This document shows, piece by piece, positions 12,161-24,965 of a DNA stretch of 64,000 bases. Within the stretch, counting starts at the first letter, position 1. Each line of letters begins with the position of its first letter. This stretch comes from Podarcis cretensis (taxonomy: Eukaryota): contig OX638151.1 of NCBI GenBank assembly GCA_951804945.1, positions 123,194,001 through 123,258,000 on the forward strand, given 5' to 3'. The notes under the pieces were generated by a model. It made no database searches. It worked only from the letters and a program-made list of their open reading frames with translations, and was not told where the DNA came from. The position numbers and the translations under genes were made by a program.

Positions 12161-13824
12161 ATGAATATACTGTATTGAGTTACTTCATTTTCTTCCTTAA
12201 AAAAAATATAATACTGACAGTTCAGAATTGGAAACTGCCAGAACTACTAAGGAAACCAGCAACTGCTAGCATAGCATTGCATTTAGTACAGCCCAATTTG
12301 AAGTTGTGGTGAGTAGAGGTTCTGAAGCAAAATAAATCCTGTACACCTGGATAAATGTAGGTGATTGTCGGCATCATCGTATTAAAAATGACCTAAAATA
12401 AGTAGCATATTGTGGTACCTTGGGGGACATCATGAAAAATATTGACTAAACATAGGGTGTTTAAATGTAGTGGCATTCATGTTTGACAGCTAACTTTTGT
12501 GGAACCAGGATTTTATGGAAGGAGCAAGGCTTCCTCTGAAAAATGAGACATGTTATTATTTTATTTTAAAACGGTATTCCAAACTAAATTTCCAAGCAGA
12601 ATTTAGAGGCAGTAAGCTTTTTAGAGGAGTTTCTCAGTGAAAACTCCACATGTGATGCTGAAAAGCAAAGCACAGCAGTGAGCCAGTGACACACAAAATG
12701 AAATCTTATCTCCAAAATACCCTGACTTCATTCCTCAAGTAATTATTTTTATCCTTCAATAGGTGTGTCTGCCCGCTATTGTGCGGAAACATTGCTACAT
12801 CTCATGTTAATTATACTCTTATGCTTGCTTCAGAAGGGCAATTTAGCAGAGTGCAGCAATTAATTCAACCCAAATCAAACAGTAAAAAAAATAAAAATGC
12901 AATTAGGTGCCAAAGTTACATACACAGACACTACTTCTTCTCTGAAGCATTTATGTTAGCAAACAGAAGGGGAATGTTGAGATAGGCTGTGTGTAGTGGA
13001 GTAAAAAAATTGCTTGAGTTAAAAGACATTTTATTTCATTTTGGTTTTAAATGTTTTAATTCTGCATAGGAGTGCTGGCTGGAGTTTAATGGGAGTCAGG
13101 TCTGGAGAAATGGAAGGGCTATTCTACACACTGTACAATTAATAGGTATACTTTACACATACAAAAAAAGATGCCTTCCTGGAACATGTATTATTTCTAA
13201 CCTATCAGCAAAGAAGCTACTAGCCTAACCTATGTAGTCTGTCAGCAGCTCAAAAGAAACAGGAAGCAAAAAGAGTGAAAGCTCTTAGTTTACTAAAAGT
13301 TTCCCTTCCTCTTCACTGGGGAAGGAATGATTCTTACACTTCATAAGTGACCTGTTCCAGATTTCCGTATTCGGTCTAATCTTTTTGTGGAAGAGTAAAA
13401 CTATTTCATATTTTAATAACACAGAGGATTGTAAAGTGTGATTGTGAAAACGGTTTGGAAACTTCACTTAATTCGAAATACAGCCACTTGGCTGTTAACT
13501 AGCACCAGATGATTTGCAACCTTCATTTCTAATATTGAAATAACTTCATTGGCTTTGGCTCCGAGCACAGTTCAAAGTGCCTGGTGCCTTATGATGCTTA
13601 GAAGGACCCCAGGGTAGCTGAAGGAATGCCTGCTTCATGATAAGCTGCCCATGTATTGAGTTCATCTTTGGAGGCTGTCCTTGAGGTACTCCAAACATCC
13701 AGGGTAAGGTGGAAGGTGATGAAAAGAGGAAAAACCATTTCTTTAAAAAAAGAAAAAACAGTGTTTCTGTTTTCTACTTGTAGAGGCCTTTATACAGGCC
13801 AGTTACAAACAGTTTGAAACACTA

Positions 13825-14309
13825 CTGTGGTACCTCTGGTTACAAACTTAATTTGTTCCGGAGTTCTGTTCTTAACCTGAAACTGTTTTTAACCTGAGGT
13901 ACCACTTTAGCTAATGGGGCCTCCCGCTGCCGCTGCGCCACTGGCACGTGATTTCTGTTCTCATCCTGAGGCAAAGTTCTTAACTGGAGAGCCAGTGTGG
14001 TGTAGTGGTTAAGAACGGTAGTCTCGTAATCTGGTGAACCGGGTTTGTATCTCCGCTCCTCCACCTGCAGCTGCTGGGTGACCCTGGGCCAGTCACACTT
14101 CTTTGAAGTCTCTCAGCCCCACTCACCCCACAGAGTGTTTGTTGTCGGGGAGGAAGGGAAAGGAGAATGTTAGCCGCTTTGAGACTCCTTCGGGTAGTGA
14201 TAAAGCGGGATATCAAATCCAAACTCTTCTTCTTCTTAACCCAAGGTTAGCAGAGTCTGTAACATGAAGCGTCTGTAACCCAAGGTGTTTGTAACCCGAG
14301 GTACCACTG
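13825..14309. mobile_element. Tc1/mariner (Tigger-like) MITE interrupted by a SINE
   Basis: TIR C(T/A)GTGGTACCTC with TA TSD; same family as 19801-19970 and 55820-56052. Confidence 0.9.
13985..14232 (+). mobile_element. tRNA-derived SINE of Squam3/MIR type with (CTT)n tail, nested in the MITE
   Basis: A box GTGGTGTAGTGG; CORE-like GGGTGACCCTGGGCCAGTCAC; 3' (CTT)n; 8-bp TSD TTCTTAAC (13977-13984, 14233-14240). Confidence 0.88.
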
Positions 14310-14363
14310 TATTGTTATAAGCACTATGGGTTTGCGGGGTAAACTTTTATTATTTACATAGTA

Positions 14364-14586
14364 CAGTCGTACCTTGGAAGTCGAAAAGCTTAGTTCCCAA
14401 ATGTTTTGGCTCCCGAATGTTGCAAACGTGAAAGTGACTGTTCTGGTTTGTGAACTATTTTTGGAAGCCAAACGTCTGACGGGGCTTCCATGGCTTCCAA
14501 TTGGCTGCAGGAGCTTCCTGCAGCCAATCAGAAGCCGCACTTTGGTTTTCCGGAACGGATTCCATTCGACTTCCAAGGTACGACTG
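14364..14586. mobile_element. Tc1/mariner (Tigger-like) MITE
   Basis: Perfect 22-bp TIR CAGTCGTACCTTGGAAGTCGAA, TA TSD; related inverted copy at 59827-60056. Confidence 0.92.
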
Positions 14587-16483
14587 TAGGTAAGTGGAGT
14601 TTTAGTGTCAGTGTTTTCTGGATCTTATTGTTGCTGGCTGAGCTAGAGATCAGAGAGCCAAGGCCATGGTTGGTTGCAGTTTTGGTTGCAGTGTGGTTTG
14701 CATGTGTGTAGGGGGGCATTGCTGGGTTAAATTATCCATATTGATTTGGATGTTGTGGGGGGCGGGATCAGTCATTGTCTTGTTGGACTATATCTTTGCT
14801 CTTCTGAAAGCAAACCTTTCTAACAGGCAAAGTGACTTACAGTTTTAACATTGGAGGAACTTTCCCAGGTACTGTGGTGAAATACTGGTTCCTTAACCTT
14901 CTGTTTTTGAACTCCTGAAAAAGTCTGTTTCTGTGTGTCATTTGCCACAGTTTCAAATACTGTACTGGGTGCATTCACATATTTCAGCTACTGCTCACAC
15001 ATTTCATGGAAAAGCACCCAACTGTGAGCTGTGAAGCAATGAGGCAACCAAGTGGAGTATATGCATATGTGAATTAGCCCTGTAAGTGAAATGACTGAGT
15101 TGAGAGTTTGAATAACAGTTATGTGCCTGTGGCTAATTCTCAAGGTGGGTTGTTTGTTGTATTTTCAGAAACTGAAAAAGAAAGTTTTTTTCAAAAGGAA
15201 CTGATTCTCATATTTGTTTTAACTGATTTTAATACTGTATTGTGTTTTTATTTAATTGTAAATTGCCCTGGGACCTTATGGTGAAGGTAGGGTAACTGTT
15301 GTCTGTTGGCAACTTTGTTATTGTTGAGTTTGCGACAGAAATTAAAAAGGAAATTGGTTGGCAATATGATGTTCATCAATATGATGAAATTTAATTCTTA
15401 AAAAAAGAGCCATTCCTGATGTTTGTCTTACCTGCAAATGATGTTAAAAGTTGCATTGCGGGGAAGGGGTGCTTACACTTGGCTGTGGCTGAGCTGCTTC
15501 TTCTTGGCCTGACAAATTATTGTAGGAATTACAACCTGCAACTTGTGAATGCACATTTAAGTGTCATATCCACAGGGTCTTGCTTTGGAGGCATTTATTT
15601 GTGTCTGTCAGTGAACCGTCACATGTTATGTTGGCCATAGGTCATTTGCCAGAAAACGCTTTCCCTTAAACTTCCAATAAACATTACCGCAACACTTGTT
15701 TGCCACTTGTCCTTTAGCTCTTTACATATATTGCCGTATATGGATTTCTTTTACCATACTTTTAGAATAAACAGTTACCATAGTTACAGTCTAGTTACAG
15801 TCTAAGCAGGTAGGCACACTGTAATTAAAAAATAAAAGATTCTGTTCTAAAGGCCTAGAGAGGCATGGTTTGTGACCATTTAGCTATAAACCCACACTAG
15901 AAGGGGGATGGGAAGGAAGGAAAAGTATAATTGTCCTTAAGCAAAGCGTAAGTGTTCAGAGTCCCAGAGAGTGCTGGATAGGTTCTGTGCTATTGGAGCT
16001 ATGAGAGCCCACTAGCCTTTGACTCTAATGGGTTTTTTAATACATTCTTGCCAAGTCATGCCAATGTATAGGGGAGGTGACTGTAAAATGAGTGATTCCT
16101 ACAATTTCCGTAACTCCTTTCAGAATAGTGAGAAATGGTTAAAAGTGGCTATCCTGTTTGCTTAAGAGAAGGCTAAATATTTGGATAGTGAGCAGTTATG
16201 TAAACCTAGGCATCTCTGTCTGCAATCTGCCTTTAAATCACCTCACCATTGTGTGGATGGCTCACATGGAGGAGCTGAGTATCCTGCGCTTAGCAATCCT
16301 GCAGGTTAATCTTTAGGTCAGATGTGTGTGAACTCAGGATATTCCTGAATGCTTTTCAGCAGGTGATTGGGATCAGGCTTGTTTCCTGGTTCATGGAGGG
16401 TTTTGTGTCATACTATAGTTGTGTCAATCTTATACCTGTGCCATGATCTACAGAGCTAATCCATATTATAAATTCAGATTCAC

Positions 16484-16862
16484 ACACCCTTCCTCACAAT
16501 TCCCCATGTTGTTGGATTCATGTTCCTACATGTTATCTAACACTCCTTTGTTGTTGGAATCTTTTGTGTTCTTCTAGGATATACAGAGTCCATGCTTGTC
16601 TCACCGTCCACCACATCATGCATATTATAGTTATAAGGATCTCATCTTGGCCAATTAGTATCACCACAATGGGGTGAATCATTATTGCTAATGCTCCTTA
16701 AACACTTGGTCTTCATTCAGACAATGAATTCCACCAGTTATTGGTTCCAATTTTTCTCATTGTAGCTATTTCAGTAATAATCCGTTTTTCATTATGTACC
16801 TCTAAAGTTGTCTGTTCTCCTAAACTCTTAACCACTTCTAATTGTTTTTGGAATGTAGGGTG
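16484..16862 (-). mobile_element. Probable endogenous retrovirus remnant: env TM C-terminus plus polypurine tract
   Basis: One frame reads LHPTFQKQLEVVKSLGEQTTLEVHNEKRIITEIATMRKIGTNNWWNSLSE*RPSV*GALAIMIHPIVVILIGQDEILITIICMMWWTVRQ...*: an amphipathic helix, a WW motif and a hydrophobic anchor. A purine tract GAGGAAGGG and then TG follow. Family assignment is from recall. Confidence 0.5.
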
Positions 16863-16865
16863 TAA

Positions 16866-17290
16866 TAAACCAGAAGCTTTTCTTTTAGGAATACTAGGTG
16901 TGGAGAGACCCAATGACCAGAAAAAAAACTGTTTATGTATACAACCACAGCTGCCTGGATGATGCTGGCACAGAAATGGAAGGAAGATATAGTTCCAACC
17001 AAGGAAGAGTGGCAGATTCGATTAATGGACTATGCTGAAGTGGCAAAACTCACTGGAAGAGTCAGACACTAGGAAGAAACAACTTTTAATAAAGAATGGA
17101 GGGGATCATGTATACTATCTGAAAAATTATTGTAAACAATGAAATTCATTAGTAGGATTATGTTAAAACTGTAGTTAAAACTATTAACTAAGAAATAGTG
17201 AGGGAGTAATTAAAAAATGGGATATTTGTATTTGATGTTTGCATGTTATAAAAATTAAACTGAAAAATAAAATGTATTAAAAATAAATAA
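16866..17290 (+). mobile_element. L1 LINE 3' end fragment
   Basis: KPEAFLLGILG and LAQKWK...EEWQIRLMDYAEVAKLT, typical of the non-mammalian L1 ORF2 C-terminus; A-rich tail with AATAAA at about 17265-17290. Confidence 0.8.
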
Positions 17291-17329
17291 ATGAAAAGCA
17301 ATCAAGGTGTGTCTCAAAGCTTTGGTTAT

Positions 17330-19300
17330 CACATTTAAAAACTCTAACATGATTATTCTTTTCTATTAATTGTTCCTATGTAGAAAGCAATGCAGTTATA
17401 ACTTGTGATATACTTGCAGCCCTGTTTAATGCTTTATTGATGGGTTCCGTAAGTTCTTTGGACTGTTATGTAATATAGTTTATTAGCTAATATATTTCCA
17501 GTGTCCAAAAAAACGATACTCCAGTTCTTTGGTTCCATAAGTAAGTACATTGTTTCCAAGTCTGTTGGCTTGTTTTTAGGTAAGACACACACTGTGGAAA
17601 CTCTGTAGAAATATTTAATTACCGTAATTCAATGAGGCCAAGACTCCTTTTATAGAATTTAGACTGTAAAATGTTTCAATTTAAGCACATGGGGTCCCAC
17701 AACTGGATACTCCATATAACTTAAAGCCACTGCCTTCCAAATTAGAGGATCAATTTGTTTACTAATTTTACTCATTGTTCCCATTACACTATATTTTTCA
17801 ATTATGGAGTCATAGCCTATTGATTTAAACTGAATATTCCCATTTTCAAATCACAGTATGTTCCCTTTAAGGAGATTTGTAAACAAACCCCAAATGTTCT
17901 TCAAATTAGAAATAGTTCTTGAATTCTCTAATAACTGCAGAAACCATTATGATATTGCAAGAGAGTTGATTAAATTAAGTGCTTTTCTAGTTCTTGAATG
18001 CGAGAAACACCATGATCATAACTAACTGCTTTTTCGGATCCTGTATTTTGATTACAAGCATTTCTGCAGCAGCTTGTCTGTGTGTGCAATTTTTAATGAT
18101 TCCTCTGCTTCCTGAGCAAGTTTTATTGCCTTCTCTTTTTCAACTTCCATATTTTTCAAAGAAGACAACCATCTTACCTTCTGTAGGTTTTAACTTTTCA
18201 CTCCCCAGTTCCTGCTCTAATGTTACTGTCTGTTGTTCTAAGCTAAAATAAGTCTCTTCCCAATCTTCAATCACCTCAGTTTTTCTTCTAACTGTTTTTT
18301 TTTACTCCATTTAAGGCCTTTTGGAAACTATGGGAAACATAAAGTAAACCCAATAACATACAATATTCTTTCTGCATTTTTGATGGTCTAAACTCTTATG
18401 CAGTAAGAGTGAAATACTTTCTCCAAATATTTTAATGGTTTGTCAGAGTCAAAGCATTTCCCATCTCATACACATGGACCCCTTTTTGCAGTAAAGCTCT
18501 CTAAAGGTATCAAATCCATCCTTCCCAATGAACTTTTAGCTACACTTTCTTCACCATTGGGATGCTTAGACATAGTTTATTCTCTCTAGCCACAAAAAAA
18601 TATTGCATGCTGCTTTAGACATACTTCTGGTAAACCATTTTTCCTTGTGCATGTGCTTTCACCACCTTATAACTTAAGCTTTTAATCTATTGCTCCCCTA
18701 AGGAGCAGACTGATATAAGCCTTATTTATTTTTTGTCTATAATAGAAGTCAGATCTACTTTTTACCATATGTCAGCCAGATAAGTTTGGTCACATTTACA
18801 ACATGTGGTTTTCTGCTCTAAACATTTATCTATGCCCTAAGCACAAAATTATAAATGGGCTTTGGTTGCTCCCCTTTATTTACAGGGTTTTTAGGAGGTA
18901 GATGTTTTTCTGCTGGACCAAACTTTCCTTCTTTATGCAATCTGACAAATGGTGAAAAGTCCCTACCTTGTAACTCTAATGGTCATAAAAACATTTACTA
19001 AACCTTTTTTCCCCCATTTCACATCTTCCTGTTTAACAGAACTCAATTTTGCCTCTATTCCTGCCTAAATAAATCTCCTGACACGTTCTTTGTTTTATTC
19101 TGGACTGGTGATCCTAAAATATCTTTTAAATGCCAGGTAGGGTGACCCAGTCATTTTTAGAGGCAGTGCTCAAGCAGTACAGTCAATATTCAATATCCCA
19201 ACAATAAAATTAAAATTCGAAAAGAGAAAGAGGAATGGAAAAAGTTTTGGATATCGTCAATGCCTACTCTGCTGTCCCAAACAGCTTCCCAGGAATACAA
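17330..19300 (-). mobile_element. Highly decayed, rearranged L1 relics (ORF1-like and endonuclease-like pieces)
   Basis: Strong A-rich bias on the minus strand; a coiled-coil-like ORF1 piece at about 17990-18300; degenerate IQE motif near 17920. Boundaries approximate. Confidence 0.45.
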
Positions 19301-19703
19301 TTAGCCATTTAGCATTTCCAAGGAAACTGCAAATTCTGGCCCTATGCCCTAAATCCTGGCTTTGTGCCCTTATTGGTCCAGTGACCCAAGTAAAAAATTA
19401 AAATAAGGGTGTTGGGGCACTCACATAAGCCAGAAGCTCTCTGGAGCGAAACTACTAACACAAACAAAAAAAGAAGAAGAAGAGGGAAATACTCACACTC
19501 CAAATTCACTACACACTCTCCATGTGGTTTTAAACCACCCTTGCAAACTGCTGTTCTCCACCTATTTGTTACACCTTCTGCCAGCACTCATGTATGTTCA
19601 TATACACACTGCTGAGAGGTTTAGGATCTTTTGCTAGAGTTATGATATATGCATTTTATGGATGAAGTTTTTTCTTTGCATACCACTGGTAGTTTGTTGA
19701 GAG

Positions 19704-20011
19704 CAGGCATGGCCTAACTTGGCCCTCCAGCTGTTTTGGGACTACAATTCCCATCATCCCCGACCACTGGTCCTGTTAGCTAGGGATGATGGGAGTTGTA
19801 CAGTGGTACCTCTGGTTACGTACTTAATTCGTTCCAGAGGTCCATTCTTAACCTGAAACTGTTCTCATCCTGAAGCAAAGTTCTTAACCCGAGGTACTAT
19901 TTCTGGGGTAGTGGAGTGTGTAACCTGAAGTGTATGTAACCTGAAGCGTATGTAACCCGAGATACCACTGTAGTCCCAAAACAGCTGGAGGGCCAAGTTT
20001 GGCCATGCCTG
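19704..20011. mobile_element. hAT MITE interrupted by a Tigger-like MITE
   Basis: TIR CAGGCATGGCC(T/A)AACTTGGCCCTCCAGCTGTTTTGGGACTAC; TSD GTTGAGAG/GTTTAGAG. Confidence 0.9.
19801..19970. mobile_element. Tigger-like MITE (internally deleted), nested
   Basis: CAGTGGTACCTC...GAGATACCACTG with TA duplicated at 19799-19800 and 19971-19972. Confidence 0.9.
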
Positions 20012-20224
20012 GTTTAGAGGAAACAAGCCACAATCCCAGGTTCTCAAGCAAACAAGAAGTCCGGAAATAGCAAAGTGCTTGTTAAATGTCATTTAACATT
20101 GCATGCAAACCAGGCCCACCTGATAGCATTTCAAATTGTACCACTTGCATCTGTGTCCTCCAAATAAAATGCCTCTGAAAATTGGTTTTCAATCTATCCA
20201 TCTATGTATTTTACTGAATACTTG

Positions 20225-20261
<37 letters not shown>

Positions 20262-20494
20262 CGTGTGTACATTTATATGTAGATAATTAGTTTGAAAAAC
20301 CTATGATTTTTTGAATTGGAGAGTTTTGAAATAGCTCAACGGAGTTGATATGAGAAGGTAATTGGTGAATTGTAGTCTCTTTCATATGAAGGAGTGGTGC
20401 AAGAGAAAGCACTGTTCTTTTATCACGTCATAAATCAATTAATAAATAAATCTAGAAAAATTAATGGTGGGTGTCTTTTTTTCCTCCTCAACAG

Positions 20495-20552
20495 GCAACC
20501 TGATAAATTGGTAGTGGTTTGGACAAGAAGAAGTCGAAGGAAATCTTCTAAG
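20495..20552 (+). CDS. EHBP1: EHBP1 internal coding exon, NT-C2 domain: (W)QPDKLVVVWTRRSRRKSSK
   Basis: Polypyrimidine tract and acceptor tcctcaacag|G; donor AAG|gttagt; 58 nt, phase 2 to 0. Translation matches vertebrate EHBP1. RRSRRKSSK distinguishes it from the paralog EHBP1L1 (RRNRRICSK). Confidence 0.96.
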
Positions 20553-21301
20553 GTTAGTTTAGTTTAGTTGAATAAGGGAAACAAAAGTTGAAATAAGTTA
20601 GTTGATTATTGTTTTGCCTTAAGACAGGAGAAAGATAACTGATTTTTACAAATACACCTAAGTTGTTCTCTGTTTTTTCTTGTTAATACCCTGATTAGTA
20701 TTACTAGTTACTGAGGTTGCATCGATGCATGCATAAGCTCAGCACCTGTCATTGTGAAGATCAATAGTAATTGATAGTAGTCCATTGATGTATTCAATAT
20801 TTATCCTGCCTTCCCTCCAAGATGGTAAGAGTGGAAGGTTCCTTATCTAAAGTGTTAGTATAAGAAAATATTAAATGGTCATGGTTGCATATTTTTATTA
20901 CTTGAATTGGTTTTCTGGGTGGGAAAATGCCCCTCATCCAGCATGATAACCACATACACTAACTTGCTTTATTCTCAAATTATTTATACATTTAAAGGAT
21001 AGATTCAAGTTGTTCAAGTTGGTCATCATTGATGTATTAATGGAAAACTTTATTTACTTCCAAGAGCTCCCAGCTAATATGTCCGTAGTAAATGAATAAT
21101 AACCATAATAATAATAATTTCATACTAGTGTAAAAGAGTAGCTATTGTGCTATAAGGAGCAAAATGTACAAAATTAAATTACATTTGAACACCTACTATA
21201 GGCTAGCTCCTTTGTGATCCTATTTCCACATTATCATTATTTATGTGGAAATAATTTGAATTAGCTAAGTTGCTTTGAAGAGGTTGGTTAAAATTAAATT
21301 A

Positions 21302-22309
21302 CCGTATTTTTGTATTTTTCGCCCTATAGGACGCACCGGCCCATAGGGGGGGGGGGGAGAATCAAGGAAAAAAATATGATTTCCTCCCCGCAGCTCTGGG
21401 AGCAGCGGACAGGCTGCATGCAGCCTGTGCACTACTCCAAGACCTTCTCCCTGCTTTTGCAGGAGATGGCGGAATTCCCCCGCCTCCCGCAAAAGCCCAC
21501 AGGAGCCGCGCGCGACTCCTGCAGGCTTTTCCACCAGGAGGGAGAAGGGACTGAAATGGCCAGTCAGTCCCTCCTCCCCCATCTCCCGCAAAAGCCCATA
21601 GGAGGGAGAAGGGATGGACTCGGCCAGTCCGTCCCTTCTCCCTCCTTGGGGAAAAGCCCCCAAGAGTGGCGCGCTCTTTAAATGGTGCGCGGCTCCTGCT
21701 GGCTTTTCTAGGAGGTGGGGGAATTCCTCCACCTCCTAGAAAAGCCAGCAGAAGCCGCGCAGCCCCTTTAAAGAGCGCACGGCTTCTGCGGGCTTCTGCG
21801 GGAGGTGGGGGAATTCCCCCATCTCCCGCAAAAGCCCATAGGAGGGAGAAGGGATGGACTCGGCCAGTCCATCCCTTCTCCCTCCTTGGGGAAAAGCCCC
21901 CAAGAGCGGACCGCTCTTTAAAAAGCATGCGGCTCCTGCGGGCTTTTCGACCTAGATTGTGCCCCCCCATCCTCTGGGGCTTGCAATGGGGGAAGCGCTG
22001 CTTTCCCCCACCGCCAGCCTCAAAGCTGGGTTGGAGAGTAGCGGGAAGGCGTCACGCGCCTTCCCGCTGCCCCCCCATCCTCTGGGGCTGGCAATGGGGG
22101 AAGCACTACTTTCCCCCACCGCCAGCCTCAAAGAGCAGACTCTTCTGGCTTCAGCGGAAGCAACGCGAAGCCTCTGGAGCACAGGCTTCGGAGGCTTCTC
22201 GTTGCTATCGCTGAAGCCAAGGAGCCTGCATTCACCCCATAGGACGCACACACATTTCCCCTTCATTTTTGGAGGGGGAAAAGTGTGTCTTATAGGGCGA
22301 AAAATACGG
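21302..22309. mobile_element. 1-kb GC-rich non-autonomous Tc1/mariner (Tc2/pogo-like) element
   Basis: TIR CCGTATTTTT(C)GCCCTATA(G/A)GAC, TA TSD, internal direct repeats and palindromes, no transposase. Confidence 0.9.
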
Positions 22310-23333
22310 TAATTTAAATCCAAGCAGTCACTTAAATTCCCCAATCCAGCTGAGGAAATCTGTACACATAAGCAGGTTTCTGCACAAACATAACTGATGG
22401 ATCAGGAAACAAATCTGATGTGCATCAGAATGTGGAAGCTGTCTCTCAGCTTTGCATTTCCTTCATAAGATGTGTCTTTGAAAGTGCAACCCTATTCCCA
22501 TTCTGCTGTTTATAGTCTAGCCACATAGTATGTTCAGCACTACTATCCTCCAGCTACCCTAGATCTTCAGGCAGCCATGGGCTGACATACGGATGATGCT
22601 CTGGCCAGTCCATGATCCCAGCACCACGCCGGGAAGCCGCAGGAGTCCCTTCGCCTCAGAATTATACCTGCTGTGCAGTGGACATGGTTTCTAGACATGA
22701 GATTTCATCCTTAGGTGTTCCTAATTTACATAGGCAGATCCATGTATTGATGGTGACTTTGTTTTTCAAGTGTATGACTTTCTACCAGAGCCGGAATAGT
22801 TCTGCTGCACTGGCATATCAGTTAAGGAGATTTTAACTTGGGGCATTTGGAGAGCATTTCTAAAATGATACAAACTCCTTGCCATCAAGTTCTGGGCCTA
22901 TATAACATTGGTATTCTACTTGATTTAAGATGTTTGTCTCTAGAACTGTAGAGACAGTTGTATTATGCATTCAAATCATTATGCATGTTATTAGTTTCTT
23001 TTAATTGCATTCTTGGAAGCAGATCAAATGCCAAATTATTTTATATTAGGGTGATATTTGTGTCCCAAGGATTACGTAAATCTTTGGCAGCCTGGGCCCT
23101 TGGCTTTCGTATATTCATCTCCTATGAGAATGGAATGATTCTGGGAGGGGAGGAGAACATTTCAGTATTATATCTGATGGACTGAAAATGAAAATCAGAG
23201 AAAATTTGACAGAATAAAAGTATATATAATAGATAAATCATAGAATCAGGCTGTGTCTGTCTCACTTTTATAAACAAGTGTATTTTCCAAAAGTTTAGCC
23301 TGGATTCTCCTCATCACTGTTTCCCATTATAAA

Positions 23334-23461
23334 CCGGGGAGCCAACGTGATGACATCCATATGCTCATGGACTAAAAACTCCCTTCAGCTGTAACCAGCA
23401 TGGCCAGTGGTTAGGGGTGTTTGTGGCCCATCAACTTCTGGAGGGTACCACACTGGCTATC
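23334..23461. mobile_element. Old hAT MITE (degenerate)
   Basis: Similar to 4898-5029 (GCCAACGTG...CTGGAGGGTACCACACTGGC). Confidence 0.5.
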
Positions 23462-24311
23462 AATGAATCGAATGCAATAAAGATAGCTTGCTGTGGCCCT
23501 GAGCTTTTGAATAACGTCTACATATTTATCTTACCTTTTTGGTAAGACTGTTGTATGAATTTTTGTTTTAAAGAAGAGTCCATATGTAGGACAGTTAAAA
23601 CAATTAGTAAATGTTGAGGCTTGCTCATAACAGTTACGGTCAGCAGAGGCAAATCCCTAAATGTGCTAAAACTTTGATAGGAAAATGGTACCTTTTGTGT
23701 TGCATAGAAAAATAGACCAAGATGCTTCTGTGTGGCCGCTCTGCTCTCTGACATTTCAGATCTTAGCCCCAGTGCAGTGCAATTACAGAACCCTCTAGAA
23801 AGCTTTGTACCTTAAATCCTTTCCTTCAGTCTATCTCAGCCTGGGCCAAAGGATACAAAATGTACTATCCATTTAGTGATGAGATTATACATAATGTTTT
23901 ATTAATTGCAAAGTAGCAGTAGAGTAATAACGTTTTAAGGGTCAGTTGAAAGTTTCAAAGCAGTTAGCTACCTTTTTTAATTTTGTGACTTTCAAGTTCA
24001 TCTAGTGAAGATGTTATTCTACTGTTGATGTGGGGTTTTTTTCCCAATTAAAAAAATAGATATTTTTTTTAAAAAGGAAGCCAAATTGGTTGCAGTTTGC
24101 TAATCGAATTTTTTTATATAAAGTATTTGAGAGTTGCCTTGCTGAATCAGAACAAATGAAAATCTTGTTCAGCACTGTGTCTTCAACAGTGATCTCTGTT
24201 GTTTTTCCCCAGTATGTGATAATGTACTGCTCAGGTGTTCCATTTTTTGATATCTTCTGTCTAACAGCAAACTCAGGTGGCTGAGTGCCTATAAGTTTGG
24301 AAACTAAACAT

Positions 24312-24965
24312 TGTGGTAAGAATTCACTTCTACACCACCTTGTTCTTACCCAGGTGAGGGACCACCTTTGAAATAAACCACAAAACCAAGGAATTTTTTA
24401 AAGACCAGCATCCAGATTAGGGACCCGGTGTTTATTATAGCTAGTGCTTACTCAACTCAACTTGCCAGTTAAGAAGGTCTGCCCCAAGGCACTTCAGAGC
24501 AAAAGCTTATATACAACACACAAAGAGTCATAAAACATTCTTAAACATAAAACATCTCCTTTACATGTGTCAAGAAAGGTCACAGGTCATTGGAAGAAAA
24601 CACGTATAGTGTCTTCCTGCTATCCTCTTCCCCCGCTATCACCTTGGGGTTGACCAGAAGCGCCTAGGCCTTTTGCCCGTTTTAGCCTGGCAACCTAGCC
24701 TATCTTTCAGGGAACTTCCAAGGATTTCTGATTAACACTCTGGTGCTAATTCATAACTGGCATAGGAAAACATCCTGCCATTTGTGCCACTTTCAGGGTC
24801 AGATAAGGAGGGATGTAATGCAGCATAGGAAGGAGAGACTCAGAAATGCAGAACACACAAAAATCAAGCCTAATACATTCTAAAAGGATAAATGCAATTA
24901 AAGTGAAACATTGAAATATTATTGAAATCAAAAATATACACCTGGGGTCTCTAATTCTTATATCA
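24312..24965 (-). mobile_element. Solo LTR (654 bp)
   Basis: TG...CA ends; imperfect TIR TGnnnTAAGAATT; 4-bp TSD ACAT. On the minus strand, TATATAA (24507-24513) lies upstream of AATAAA (24431-24436). Confidence 0.8.

Noticed and set aside
21265-22344. Six overlapping ORFs of 117-202 aa
   Set aside because: By-product of a GC-rich, palindromic non-autonomous transposon; no transposase motifs.
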